From Asterias rubens (taxonomy: Eukaryota), in assembly GCF_902459465.1 (NCBI RefSeq), contig NC_047062.1:22816001-22880000 (forward strand): 64,000 nt of DNA, in the 5' to 3' direction. Each line of letters opens with the position of its first letter. The first letter of the stretch is position 1. Positions 1-12,072 of the stretch are shown here, one piece after another. The notes beneath the pieces are model-generated. The model made no database searches. It was not told the DNA's origin and saw nothing but the letters and a program-made list of their open reading frames with translations. The position numbers and the translations under genes were made by a program.

Positions 1-377
1 TTCCAGTTTTCTGTTGCATCAAAATGTTTAAAAAGAGAGGAAATTAGCTGACCAACTGAGAAGTTGCATGCTTGAATATAAATAGTTGAACACAAAGAGG
101 CTCTGTTACGAAGCTAATGAACCAATGTTGTACCTTCCTCTTAATTCCAATTATCTTCTACAGAAACATAATACATGTATAATAGACAATCTTTTCCTGC
201 AATGAATGAACACAAACAAAGAAAATTTATCCAAAAAGTCCATAACTCAAATAGTAGAAAAGGAATTAGTACCATTTGTTGTTGAAGGAAAGGCTTGGCC
301 AAGTTCTAGGGTTATCTCCTCACTACAGTTTCATCACTGAACAATAGTCCTTAAAAATGGGCAGGGTTTTTGCTCAC

Positions 378-388
378 ATCCTAGCCAT
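378..388 (-). CDS. Possible first coding exon of an unidentified gene running off the left edge
   Basis: The minus strand reads aaaaATGGCTAGGAT|gtgagc (ATG at 388, donor at 377), with a GC-richer leader at about 390-470. An acceptor ttttgatgcaacag| at 13-11 would continue in frame (MARIKLE...). Too short to identify. Confidence 0.25.
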
Positions 389-494
389 TTTTTTCTCGAG
401 GGGCGGCGTTGAGGTGGAGGTTAATGTCGTGACTGAAGATAGTTTGTTGACAAGCGATATCTTTATAAATTGTGGTTTTTTTGTTAATGCAGCT

Positions 495-650
495 GTGCGA
501 AATTGTAGACTTGCGAAACTGTAGAAGTGCGATATTGTAGATGTGCGTTTTTGTAGATGTGCGATTTTGTAGATGTACGATTTTGGAGATGTGCGATTTT
601 AGCGATGTGCGATTTTAGAGATGTGCGAAATCGTAGACTTGCGACTGCAG
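495..650. repeat. Degenerate 16-bp tandem repeat (tgtagatgtgcgattt)n, about 10 copies
   Basis: Read directly from the sequence: recurring gtagatgtgcgatttt / gtagacttgcgaaa units. Confidence 0.85.
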
Positions 651-2305
651 AAATATGGAGTGCAGATAACGCGTTTTTTTGTTTCAGTAGACTAGCAGAA
701 TTGTAATTTTGGAGCTCAGATCATGGTGAAGAATTAACAGCGATAATTTATGCCGTCTGCTTTTCGTAGCGGCGCGAGTTATGCCAGATGGTATTTTGAA
801 AACACCCGACAAGATGTTCCATTGAATTTAACAGGAAAAACGAGTTCAAAACAGTACGCATTGAATTTCATTGGTTTGTTTTCGGCGACAATAATGTGGT
901 AGCAGTGTGTGCTGCTTGAGAGAAGATTCTGAGAAGATATGGAAGAGTTATCACACAGCGAGCACTATCTGTACCCAATTCCTCAACGGGGCATTTTTTA
1001 AATACTATTTCCTGTACATGTATAAACTGTACACAGAAACAGTATTAGCGAGTGAATGCTGAATAGATATCCTATCAGTTTCTACCATACAGATTTCTCC
1101 AGGAAAACGATCTCCGGCTACGTCACAAAGCCGTAGAAGTCATTGTGGGTTTTGAGGGACTAGAGGAACAAAACAACAGACTTGTCTGTATACTTGTACA
1201 GGATGAATCCAGTTTTTGACCAGGAGAGTGGAGTTTGGTGAAATTGTAGCAAACGGCTTTGCGTTCATCAATAAAGTTGTCGCTATACACATAAACCAGA
1301 TAAAGAGTTGGTGTGAATAACAAATAGGCCTATGTTAATGAGAAAGAGCATCTTTTGGATGCCTTTACTATAAAAAAAAAAACAGTTCCAGATTTCTTAG
1401 CAAATCTCATAAGAGGAACGTGTGTACAACGTAGGATGACAAACAAAAAACTGTAGCGATTTTGTTGGCTATTTGAAGTCGTGCATTTGACCTGATTGTC
1501 ATCAGGTGCTGTTGATTGCAGGGCTGCTACTCTGTTGAGTAAAAAGGTATCACATACATAGGTACATTTTGTCCCTTTGTAGTATTATAACAGCTATACA
1601 AACAGCTATGTAAACTACAACCTGACCAATTTGTGTTTAGAAGGCCAAACGGAAGTGCGGCTATTGTAGATATCAGGCTCTTTTCAAAATGAGCCTGATG
1701 GATGTTCGCTTTGAATCGTGAAAGGTGAAACACAAATTGGTCGTATGTATAAAAGCGGACTGGGTACGCAAGAAACTTGGATTAATACGTGTCTTGCCAA
1801 TCCCGGCAATTCGTGCATGCAGAGAGGATCAATGCGTGGTGCATCTCGATGCTGTAGCGGACTGCAAAGAAAAACAACTAGAAGAGTTTTTGTGAGAAGG
1901 TTGCTCTGTAGATCTTCACTCAAATGGTTGAAGCTTGCGAGGATTGCGACTTAGAAGAGGTTGAATCGCTATGGCTGCACTGAAAGAAAACATTTTACGT
2001 TAATCTCCAGCAATTCAGTTCCAATAAATAGCAACGTTTTACATAGCATGATGAGGGTTTGAAAGACGCCATAAAAAGAATCAGTAGTGCACACCATCTT
2101 TTCAAGATGGTGATAGATTGGTCTGGTCTTTTTTTTTGGCGTCTGGGATTGGGAGAGGCGAAAAGGAGGCATATCGTGCAGACCGTAGAGAGCAAGTGTT
2201 TTTGCGAAGCCATCACACTCTGTATGGCCTCAAATGCTCGATGCATGCGGAATAAACACTTGCAGGCATTTGCTTTTTTCAAGCCTGAGCAGCGGAGACT
2301 TAAGT

Positions 2306-2899
2306 TCATGTGGTGCGAATTGCGTATAAATACCTTCTGCGAATTGGCGATCTACTGCGATAAGGTGCCGATTCGTAGCGGCTGCTTCCATATGCATCTC
2401 CGCTATAGCGTGATCTAGGCTCATCGCGATACCCAGCACTTCCACTTCCACCACGGCTGGAGTAGTCGCTATAACTGCTGTAGGATCCTGGGGGGCCTCT
2501 GCTTCCTCTTGGGGCGCCTGGCCCATCTCCTCTACCTCCGCGTGATGGTCGCATCGCGCTGCCGCCTCTTGATGAACCACCGCGAAAGCCACCACCACTA
2601 CCACCACGCCTCCCACCTCGGTCTCCTCCTCGCATGCCCCCTCCTCCTCCATCCTGACGGCCTTTTCCTTTGGACGGTTCCACCCTGATATGCGAGCCGA
2701 GGAAGTTGTGGCCATCCAAATCCCTCATGGCCTGTTCAGCATCTGAAGTGTTGAAGTATTCGATGAAAGCGAAACCTGGTGGGTTTCTAGCGAGCCAAAC
2801 GTCGCGAAGACTTCCAAATTTTCCAAATTCGCGGTCGATATCCTGTTTTGTAGTGCTGAGATTCAAACCCCCAACGTACAGTCTGCCCTCCATCAACAT
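2306..2899 (-). CDS. SRSF3: SR splicing factor of the SRSF3/SRSF7 (RBP1) family: RRM, RGG/Gly-rich linker and short RS tail, no zinc knuckle
   Basis: The RRM has the family motif DVWLARNPPGFAFIEY. ATG at 2899 follows an acceptor (cattttacttgcag| at 2914), so the ORF-track extension to 3100 is intronic. A 5'UTR exon donor lies at 3542 (aaacg|gtgaga). Unspliced stop at 2306 gives 197 aa. A donor at 2334 (AG|gtattt) can instead join acceptors at 1979 (stop at 1916) or 1861. SRSF3 versus SRSF7 orthology is not resolved. Confidence 0.85.
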   Translation of the reverse strand: MLMEGRLYVGGLNLSTTKQDIDREFGKFGSLRDVWLARNPPGFAFIEYFNTSDAEQAMRDLDGHNFLGSHIRVEPSKGKGRQDGGGGGMRGGDRGGRRGGSGGGFRGGSSRGGSAMRPSRGGRGDGPGAPRGSRGPPGSYSSYSDYSSRGGSGSAGYRDEPRSRYSGDAYGSSRYESAPYRSRSPIRRRYLYAIRTT

Positions 2900-3542
2900 C
2901 TTGACTTGTTTCTCTGCAAGTAAAATGACAACAACACAAGAGCATTTAAACACGTTTATTCCATAATTAACAAGCTGGCACATTTCTCCTTTGAACTTTA
3001 TCAGTGCCAAGGTCGTATGTACGATCTTTTTTATGTCCTCAAAAAGTTTTGAATCACTTGTACATTTACGACCCATACAATTGTTATCACGCGAGGGCAT
3101 TGTTACTCAAGAAACACTGTGTGACTTTTGGGATGAACAACAAAGCCTTCCAATAAACTAAAGGCAAAGCAAGGGCAACACAAATCAGCAAGAAAAACTG
3201 GAAAGATACATTGTTTTGGGGAAGAATATTGTCATAAAAACGTGTTTCCATTCGAAAAGCTATTTCACCTCCTGGAGAGATATAGGCGTAGGTCCAAGGC
3301 CAAAAGAAGTGGAGGGATTCTAGTGTATTTTGTGCTATTATGGGGCCAATCTTTGGGGCGATTGTGTATTTCGAGTGCGTGTGTGCCGCTCGCAGCGCTG
3401 CATCCCAAAAGAAACTATTGAAAATGTGTTCATATCAATTAAAACAACAAATATTCTCTTCCAGAAATTTGCTATAACATGTGTTCCTTGTATTATGTAA
3501 ATAACAAGCTTCTCACACAATATTAAAGAACCTTATCTCACC

Positions 3543-4095
3543 GTTTAAATGTCTTTAATTCTGGAAAGTACACACACGAATAAGTCAGTTGTTTGGATGC
3601 CGTCGTACAAAGGTCAACGTGAACCCGCGGAAAAGTATTGAAATGCCCTGCGTTCCATTACAATCAGGGTACCATCGAATATGCAAACCATGCAAACCAA
3701 AGATCGTATAGCGCCGCTACACGATCTTTGATGCAAACTACTCACTTCATACTATAATCCATCCTGCAAAGGATGGAGGGGGTGGGGGAGAAAAGCAGTG
3801 CGTGTCTAGCAATTTAAAAAAGGAATGTCAAAACAATGCTAAAACACTATTATAAAGACAAACTGGTTAAAAATTGATCGTTCTAAACGAATTTTTATTC
3901 AAGGTTGTGGTAAAGTCATTGGTGAAAATACCAACTGCAAGATTCTCAACCTCCCAGTGTTGCATGGTTTTATTCAAGTTGTGCACCGCCCTCTAGAGTT
4001 TTGAAACTGACCGAGGATTTATTGTATGAAAAGTGATTAGTTAGATTTTAGATATTGAACTTTGGATAAAACAGTGATTTTGCTTATTTTCAATA
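3543..4095. promoter_or_regulatory. Bidirectional promoter region between SRSF3-like (-) and UBXN1 (+)
   Basis: The SR gene 5'UTR exon ends at 3542 and the UBXN1 ATG is at 4096. The genes are divergent and about 550 bp apart. The TSS positions are inferred. Confidence 0.6.
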
Positions 4096-7000
4096 ATGCC
4101 GACAGACGTAGAAACATTAATGGAGATGGGTTTCCCTCAAAATAGAGCGTAAGTTGTTGAGATTGTGCGGGGTTCGAATCAGTGTAGAGTTCCACTCAAT
4201 GATAATGAAAATCAATAAGTTGAACTTTATCATTTTCCTTTGATTAATTTGAATGAATTTGATTTTGAAGTTCAGATCGGATTAGTTTATGTAGATTAGA
4301 GTTCACGCAATTAAAACTTTGGCAAAAAAACTTTCAAAGGCCAGGGAGGCCGGGTAGATGGAGCAAGATTTCCCCGCAACAGTCTGCAGTTCTTATATAA
4401 ATAAGAATTCAAACGAAGTTTGTTTTTAATCAATCAAGAGAAATTGTTTTAGTTCAAAAAACGTTAAGAATTTTCCAAACTAACTCACTGGCTTATATTT
4501 ATAAATACGATTTTAAAATGGTTCATGCCATATAATTTAAAGCCATTGGACCCTTTCGGTAAACAGTGTTGTCCAACCCACACTTTGTGTACCACAACTT
4601 CTATATCAAATAACAAACCTGTGAAAATTTAGGCTCAATCGGTCATCGGAGTCGGGAGAAAACAACGGGAAAACCCACCCTTGTTTCCGCGCGTTTATGA
4701 CGTGTTTAAAATAAATCTGTAATTTCGTTAACGAGAATTTATATTGTTTTGCTGTTTTCTCAAAAAGTAAAGCATTTCATGGAATAATATTTCAAGAGAA
4801 GTCTTTCACCATTTTTTTCTGAACCGAAAGGGTCCAATGGCTTTAAAAGGCCATCGTATAAAAGGTTTATCACAACCCCTTCTTTCCATCCCACGGTGCC
4901 TTTCGGCAATTCAGCAAAATCAGTGAATCAGTCAGGCGCGCTTTTCTGATAAACGTTATAATATGCACGATGCCACCAACCAAGTTTGAGTTTGTCATTT
5001 GAATTGTTGTTACTCAGTCATGTCAATCATTCACTTTTTGTTACCTATTTTGATTGCACACAAGCCAAAATTTAAATAAGCTGAATTGGTAAACGTGCAC
5101 AAATAATGTATCCTTTGTTGTGCACGTAAGACACAAGTAACAAAGTCATTGCTATGACGTCGGAGCCAAATTTCATTCAAAACCATGTGGATATAACATT
5201 GACTAATCAAACAAAAAGAGAGTTAAGACAAGCACTGAATAAGCTGTGGGTAAAACTGTTGATTGTCAAGAAGGGATATTATTCTGAAGGGCAATATCCA
5301 CACAATTCTGCAATAAGACCAAATTATAAATACAATAATTTCATTATTTTGTTATCCTCAGGGAACGAGCTCTGGCTGTCACCCAATACAAATCGGTGCA
5401 AGTTGCAATGGATTGGTAAGTAGGTAGAATTGGTGTTGTTCTGAGAGAACAATTGTCTCAAACAGTCAAAGTGATTATTTTCTTATGGTCAGAAAGTAAT
5501 CCTCATTGACTGTTTGTTAAGAAACCTCTACTACCCAATGTCTTACCTGTTTGTATGAAGAGCTACTGCAAAAAGTGCAAACTAAGTCACTGAACACCAA
5601 TGGTAATTACTCAAAGTAATTGTTAGTATAAAAACTTACTCGGTAACGAGCAGTGGGGAGCTGTTGATTGTATAACACATTGTGAGAAACAGCTCCCTCT
5701 GAAGTCACGTAGTTTTTGAGAAAGGGGTAATTTCTCAATCAAATATTAAAATACTTCATGCCTGAAGCTATTTTTTAGACAACTCAAAGCACACAAATTT
5801 CTGAAACAATGGTGTTTTTTCTTTCATTATTCTCTTGCAACTTTGATGACTAATTGAGTCCAAATTGTCACAGTTTTTTTGTCTGCATATGTTGGGATAC
5901 ACCAAGTGAGAATACTGGTCTTTGACAATTACCAACGCCTTTAAAGAGCAATGATCTGTTGAAAGGGCTTTAGTTTTATTGTGTACTTCACCCAAACTTG
6001 ACAGGCTGTTTGCTCACAGCGATGACCCAGACATAGATGAACCATTCCAGGCACCAGAGGGAAACAAGCTTGGAGGAAATGAGACTGATCAAGGTAAGGA
6101 AAGGGATGAAGATCTAGGCCTGATACTTCATGTAGGCAAGTGCCCCCTGGTCATTGCATTGGTGCCCTTGAAATGCCCCAGTAGAAATTTACAATTGCCT
6201 CACAGGGTGCCCGTATACCAAGAAGAAAATGCCTTGGTGCCCTTGCCCTTTTAAAAACAGAGCACACAGACCTGAAGATCTTATGACAGGAAAGTAATTC
6301 TCGTGGAAACAAATACAGATTTATAAGAGTAGGCAGGCAATGTGTAATGAAGTGTGATTCTTTAAAACTGAAAGCTAAGGGGAAGGGATGAATCATATGA
6401 TTAAGGACAAATGCACCCCCTATAAACCAACAACATCAAAGAGAAAAAGGGAAAGGTTACCTGTGCAAAAAGGAAAACCAATATTAAAAAGAATTGATTT
6501 TTATTATTAAAGAGAATGTTTTTTATTAATTGATAAAATTGAATAATGAATTTTGTTCAAAGGAAATATTTTTTTTTCCAAAATGTCAAACATCATCTCA
6601 TTTTGCTCTGTTCTCAAACCAAACACAACATCAACAACAACAAAGAGAGATGGGAATAGTTATCTGTGCATAAAAGGGGAAACAATAATAAAGAAAAACA
6701 GGATGTTTTAGTTTTCTTTTCATTGATATTGAATATTGAATGTTGTTCCAAGGAAACATTTACTCCCATTATTATATCAAACAGCTTCCCATCCTTTTTG
6801 CTCTGCGTTCAAGTCAAAACAACAACAACAACAACAACAAAGTGAGGGGAAAGGTTACCAGGTGCAAAAAAGGAAAACAATATTGAGTTTGTTAAAAGGA
6901 AATATTTATTCCCAAATATGAAACAGCATCTTATCTTATTCAAAGCAAAAACTGTGTAGACTTTTATGATGGCAGGACATTCTTCCCAATATTTAAATCC

Positions 7001-10000
7001 AGGCACTGAAGGCAGTGAGCAACAAACAGGCGAAGGTGGGGACACACAAGAAGAACAAGGAACACCAGCGCAGGCCAAGTCACTCAAGTGTGATGAGTAA
7101 GTGAATAAAAACGACAGCATGTAAAGCCTCATTAGTTCAAGAAAGCAAATGTGGAGTGAATTTTGCTATGCAAACAATCTTGTTTGTGCCGTTTTCCCAA
7201 TTGTGCTACCCCCAACCCCCACCCCCCCCCCAAAACAGTATTATAAAATATTTACAAAATAAAGACTCTTATCTAGTAAAAAACAATAGGTACAGATGTG
7301 TGTTGGCACTTCAGAAATAACAGTGAACATTTGCACACTTTTGAAGTTTTAAGTGTCCCCCCACTACAATTCTCTTGTCTCAGCTGAACCTTCTCCACAG
7401 ACAAACAGTAAAAATGTATCGGTTTTATTTGAGATGCTTATTAATTAAATAATGTGAAAAGGAATTCTTTTTTTTTAAAACAAAAGTAGTTTTATAATAA
7501 AAGTTACACTTTGTACAATTTTTGCAGGTGTGGGAAAAAGTTAAGAACACCAGAGGATGTACAAGTAAGTTGCTTTTAAAAAGTAGTTTGAGTGTTTTTG
7601 TATTAGTTCACCCAGTTGTTAGCCTTTTCACTTCAAGTTTCTTTTAAGGGATGTTTTCAGACATTGGGGTGACGTGGTTGAGTGGATAAGAGCACTGAGC
7701 TCATCTCAAGCTCTGGTGTTTCTATTCATCAGAGTGTGAGGGTCCTAGTCCTGACACTTGTGTCCCTGGGCAAGACACTTTACTATAATTACTTCTCTTC
7801 TCTTAAAAATGTCAAATGCAAGTGAACAGATTCTAACAGACTTCTATTTCCCCTCAAATATATTTAGAAACTTAGTTTTTGATGTCTTTCATTCCTTCTT
7901 TCACTTAACGTCCAGATGTTGACACTTTTGAATCCCCAATTTTTTGATTGAAGTAATGTTTACATCGTTAGCTCTCATGTTGAGCAATTCCACCCAAATT
8001 GTCCGGTTTTCTTTAATTAGGTTCATGCGGCAAGAACGGGTCATGAGAATTTCTCTGAATCCCTGGAGGAGATAAAGCCACTGACTGCTGAAGAGAAAAA
8101 GGAGCAGGTCTTGAAGTACGTACACATATAATGGCGGAAAACAATTTCATAAAGCATGGCTCAGCACCCAAAGCTGCTAAGCAAAGGACAGATTCACTTA
8201 GCAGATATTGGTTAGCTCGGTCAATGATGTTTCTGTGTCCCTTCTTAGTAGATCAACATAAGTCAGGCGACTTCGACCTCTTTGGGCTCGAACTTGCTTA
8301 GGCTCCCAGAGGACAAGCTTGCTGGCTGGAAGCTCAGGGTGGCGATAGCAGTGCCCTGCAAAATTCACTCTTCTAGGATTTACCTTGTATAAATCTGCTG
8401 CCTCCTAGCATCCCAAAAAGTCTTCTCTATACTTTTAGTTTAAGTTTGTGCTCACACACCGATACAAATTTTCACCCTTGCCCCATCATAAGGCATTTTA
8501 CTCGGAATTCTCAGTATTACTTTACTCAGTATGCATTATCCAAACGTAGGGAATGTTTTCAGACTATTCATTTTGGTTTTACCCATATACACCGATGTGT
8601 CTTAGCACTGTATACTCGGTTCTCTCCTGAGTTATGTGTAAAAATCACTGGCATATTACTCTGTTGGTATTTCATTATGTCCCAGATTGCAAGAACGGAT
8701 GAAACAGCGTCAGCTGGAGAAACAGCAGGAGGCAAAACGTGAGGCCATCGAGAAGGAGAAGATGAGAAGAAAACAGGGTAAAGACATGACAGAGGCAAAA
8801 CACAAGTAAGTCTTAGATGTACAGATTGCTCAAAAGCCGTGTTCCTATAGACCAATCCGACGCACAGCGGGCGCGCAAGTATTGAGCATCTCGCGCCATT
8901 TGCTGCAGTGTCTTCAATGCCTAGATTGTGCACAGAAAGACACCGCAGTTGGTTATTTTTCAGTAGAGGGCGCTACCAATTTTGTTTCGTGGGATTGGTC
9001 TATTGGACTTTTTCTTCCGCTGCCATTCTTTAAGCTTGAAGAAAGAAGCTTGAAGCACCTTGTAAGCCCTTTTAAGGTGCTACATAATTGGGTCTTAAAA
9101 TTCATCTCTCCAATAACCTATCTTTCTGAAAGTTTGTGTATTCTCAGCGCCTTTAGTACCTTGTTTGGTACATACATGAGCTGTATTAAGACTTTGATAC
9201 TATTATACAAAAAAAGAAGAAGATCTTAACAGTTTATTCCAAATACTAACAGAAAATTACTTGGGCTTCCATTGCTATGAAATTAACCAAGAGTATACAA
9301 CGCAAATACTTATGATTTGTTTGCATTAACAAGGATGGAAATGGACGAGGTCAAGAGACTAGCCGAGTTGAAGAGGCAAGAAAAGCTAGATGAAAAGAAA
9401 GCAAGGTAAATTACCCAAAGACGCAACAGTAACCATTAACTAGGTAAAGTCTTCGGAAGCAGTGATTATTTTTGATCTTGGTGAATCATTGTAATATATG
9501 TTCTTGAAGAAACACTTTTTCCATGGTTTTATTTTTACTTCTGAACCTCTTAACCCTTCTCATTTACTACATACCTTGACAACGGACAAAGATGAGCAGA
9601 GTATAAGTCTATTCAAAAGGTTAAAACAAGGAAGGTAGTAGTATCTCTTAAGACCAACTTAATAAATTTATTAGCTTTCATAGCAACTACTTCATCAGTT
9701 GCAAAAAAAACAAGACCACAACAGCTCTTTTCAGAGCCAACACTCCTCCTGAAAGAGATTTACACATGGTTGTACCCAAACGTTTACTAGAAAACCATGC
9801 AAGGCCTCAAAGATGACTAAGGCACAGAAACAAATTGGTCTGCAGTAGCTAGCAGCATGTAATTTATAGAGATAATTCCTACTATTTAAATTCCTCCCAA
9901 TAACGTACATTTTCTTGTTTCATCGGTCAGGCAGAGAGTGAAGGAAGAGATCGAGAGAGACAAGTTGGACAGAGCAGCGAGGTATGCCAAGATGTCAGGT

Positions 10001-11377
10001 CAAGGAGCAAGTGCTGAAACCTCCCCGACTAAGCCCGTTGCAGAGCCTGCAGAACCCCCCACTGCAGCTGCTTCTAAGAAAGTTTACGACTCCACCAGGC
10101 TTCAAGTATGACTCGGCATAGTTTTGTTCTTTCCCAAGTATTTAAACTTTGTTTTTTTAACAATGCAGTTGTGTTTACCCCCATCTCTTTTCTATACCAA
10201 GCCCTTGATGTATGCAAAGATGAGAAAAAATGCTATTTTTAATAGGAAAATGGCTTTATAACAATAAAGCTACCGGTATATATAAATGTGTTATTTTTAG
10301 GTGGTGTTTGCAGTAGGCCCTTGTGTAATTCTTTTTTTGAGTAGTGTTGGTTCTAAAAAGAACCAATGGTTGATCTTTGAGTTTTCAACCACCGGTTCTT
10401 TTCAACATTACTCAAGCAACACTACTCAAAAGAGATTCACACACGGTGCTACCGCAAACCTCACCTAATTGCGATCCCACCATGCAAAGTTTCAAATCCA
10501 ACTAATGTGTTATTGGCAAACTAGAACAATATATTACAAAATTTCACGATATATTTTTATTTTGTGAATTTAAGATTCGGCTACCCAACGGAACAGCCAT
10601 CACCCACTCATTTGGAGCGATGGAACAGCTAGCCTCAGTGAGGCTGTACGTGCAGCTCAACCGAACTGACGGTAACACCACTCCATTCACACTCATGACA
10701 ACATTCCCTAAGAAAGTCTACAATGATGAAGACATGGAGAAACCCCTCAAAGAATTAGGTGAGTAATAACCACTTATTCAAAATATCATTGAAATGAATG
10801 TATCTTTCTAAGTAATCAGAAACACTGATGTGTTAGCACTGTATACTTCCCCCCCCCCCCCCCCCCCGAGTCCTGTGAAAAAAAATCACAGGCATATTAC
10901 GTGGGTGGGATTCGAACCCACGACCCTTACAATTCTAGAGCAGTGTCTTCCCGAGTAGACGACTGAGATTGCCCGGTAGCTAGAGGCAGTTCGAATCCTA
11001 TGTTTTGGCAGCGGGTACCGCAACGATATTACCCTTACACCGATGTGTGTTAGCATTGTATTTTACTCGGTACTTTCCTGTGTCCTGTCAAACAAAAACT
11101 GGAAAGTGGAGCATGTGGACTCTGATAAGAGTGGTGTATCTGTCCTTATGCCTATTTGTCGAAAAATTTCAATATTTCTGTACTGGTGTACTTGAGAATT
11201 TAATAAATGAAATTTTAGCTTTGTTTGGTTGTATAGTATTCAATCTTTCCAAACCAAGAGAAGGATTGAAGTACACACTGTGGCTCAAATTGAATTAACT
11301 CACACCATTTTTGTACTTGTTCGTTTGCAGGTCTGGTGCCTTCTGCTGTTCTAATGGTGACCAAACCCGTATCGTGA
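4096..11377 (+). CDS. UBXN1: UBX domain-containing protein 1 (UBA, C2H2 finger, coiled coil, UBX), 339 aa
   Basis: Exons 4096-4148, 5362-5415, 6005-6093, 7003-7096, 7528-7564, 8021-8115, 8686-8805, 9334-9405, 9931-10105, 10575-10758, 11331-11377. All are GT-AG and phase-consistent. Motifs: UBA MPTDVETLMEMGFPQNRAERALAVTQYKSVQVAMDWLFAHSDDPD; UBX IRLPNG...[28 protein letters not shown]. Confidence 0.95.
4541..4842. mobile_element. TTAA-flanked MITE family B (Kolobok/piggyBac-like)
   Basis: Perfect 20-bp TIR AGCCATTGGACCCTTTCGGT with TTAA on both sides. Further copies at about 35992-36371 and 42772-43135. Confidence 0.85.
5583..5943 (-). mobile_element. TTAA-flanked MITE family A, diverged copy
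   Basis: Reverse complement of the 28342-28704 element (ggtaattactcaaa...ggtctttgacaattacc). Confidence 0.75.
6115..6274. mobile_element. About 160-bp MITE family E (CAGGCC...GGCCTG termini)
   Basis: Core ggtcattgccttggtgcccttgaaatgctccagtagaaatttacaatt. Copies at 22434-22605, 29062-29236, 33786-33964 and 57489-57664. This copy is flanked by aagatc/aagatc. Confidence 0.85.
6420..6940. repeat. Old tandem triplication with a period of about 200 bp in UBXN1 intron 3, including a (CAA)n tract
   Basis: aacaacaaag..gggaaaggttacc.gtgcaaaaaggaaaacaatatt recurs near 6432, 6637 and 6834. Confidence 0.7.
7665..7790 (+). mobile_element. tRNA-derived CORE-type SINE
   Basis: A-box-like gtggttgagtgg head and gtgtccctgggcaagacactt core. 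Related reverse copies at about 25940-26165, 32600-32830 and 57985-58105. Confidence 0.7.
8198..8362 (-). mobile_element. RTE/RTEX LINE ORF2 C-terminal fragment
   Basis: Translates as FAGHCYRHPELPASKLVLWEPKQVRAQRGRSRLTYVDLLRRDT. This matches the GHCxRH...W.P...GR...YvD.L.rD pattern of RTE-clade C-termini. Confidence 0.8.
8854..9003. mobile_element. MITE with ATAGACC...GGTCTAT termini
   Basis: TIR atagaccaatcc/ggattggtctat. A related element lies at about 55641-55820 (atagacctttatcatg/catgataaaggtctat). Confidence 0.7.
10300..10505. mobile_element. Palindromic derivative of the Penelope-type repeat family F
   Basis: Inverted arms (ttgagtagtgttgg / caacactactcaa). The tail accgcaaacc...ccaccatgcaaagtttcaaatcc is shared with the copies at 12073 and 28159. 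Confidence 0.65.
10824..11060 (-). mobile_element. tRNA-like interspersed repeat family C (SINE-like)
   Basis: The minus strand has a tRNA-like head with B box ggttcgaatccc. Copies at about 8575-8660 (partial), 18145-18298, 24535-24900, 29875-30075 and 54655-54850. Confidence 0.8.
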
Positions 11378-12072
11378 TGATCACCACCCTACCAACTCTT
11401 CTTTGGTCCTACCCCTCTCTTCCAATCACCATAGCATCTTAAGGCAGGCTTATAGTTTTCCAGTACTGTATTAAAAAAGTTAGGGTTGTATATTACATCC
11501 CAACAAATCTGCACAGGCAGGGAAACTCAAACAGATGCAGAATGGAAATTTACAAAAAGCATATAATAATGTAGGCATATAAAAATAAAACATATAAGTA
11601 CAAAAAAATGTACATGTGTATGCAGAAACTTTTCCATAATCTAATTGAACACTCCTCGTAAATATCCAACTCCACAACCACATGTTAAGATGTCAGCACA
11701 CATTTAATCAGAGCAGCCGATCTTTGCAGGGAAATCAAGCTGGAACTGTTTTTAAAACAAATTAAACTCAAAAACTGCCTGTATGGTAATTGCATTTATA
11801 ATGCAAGATTGAGCATATAATGCTTTGACATAAGACCATTTTGTGGATACGTATAATAACGTTCTTTGATGTTCTTTGGCAAGTTTTAAACAAAATGCAG
11901 ACAGTTATATAATACAAATCATGAAACCAACTCCATGCCAAGTAAACATTTCTCATCTTTTTCAAACTTTGACTTTATGTATGAGAATCTGTAAAGTGGA
12001 AATTTCAAAATTCTAGGTAAATTTCCTTTAAAACTTTTGAAACTTTTTCAAGAAAGCTCCCTCCTAAAATAA

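Noticed and set aside
1093-1219. Plus-strand exon-like ORF ending ...CILVQDESSF*, resembling a Tc1 DES motif
   Set aside because: There is no compatible upstream exon, the stop comes directly after the motif, and no other transposase features are present.
2900-3100. N-terminal extension of the SR protein in the ORF track
   Set aside because: It lies upstream of a clear acceptor at 2914 and is intronic.
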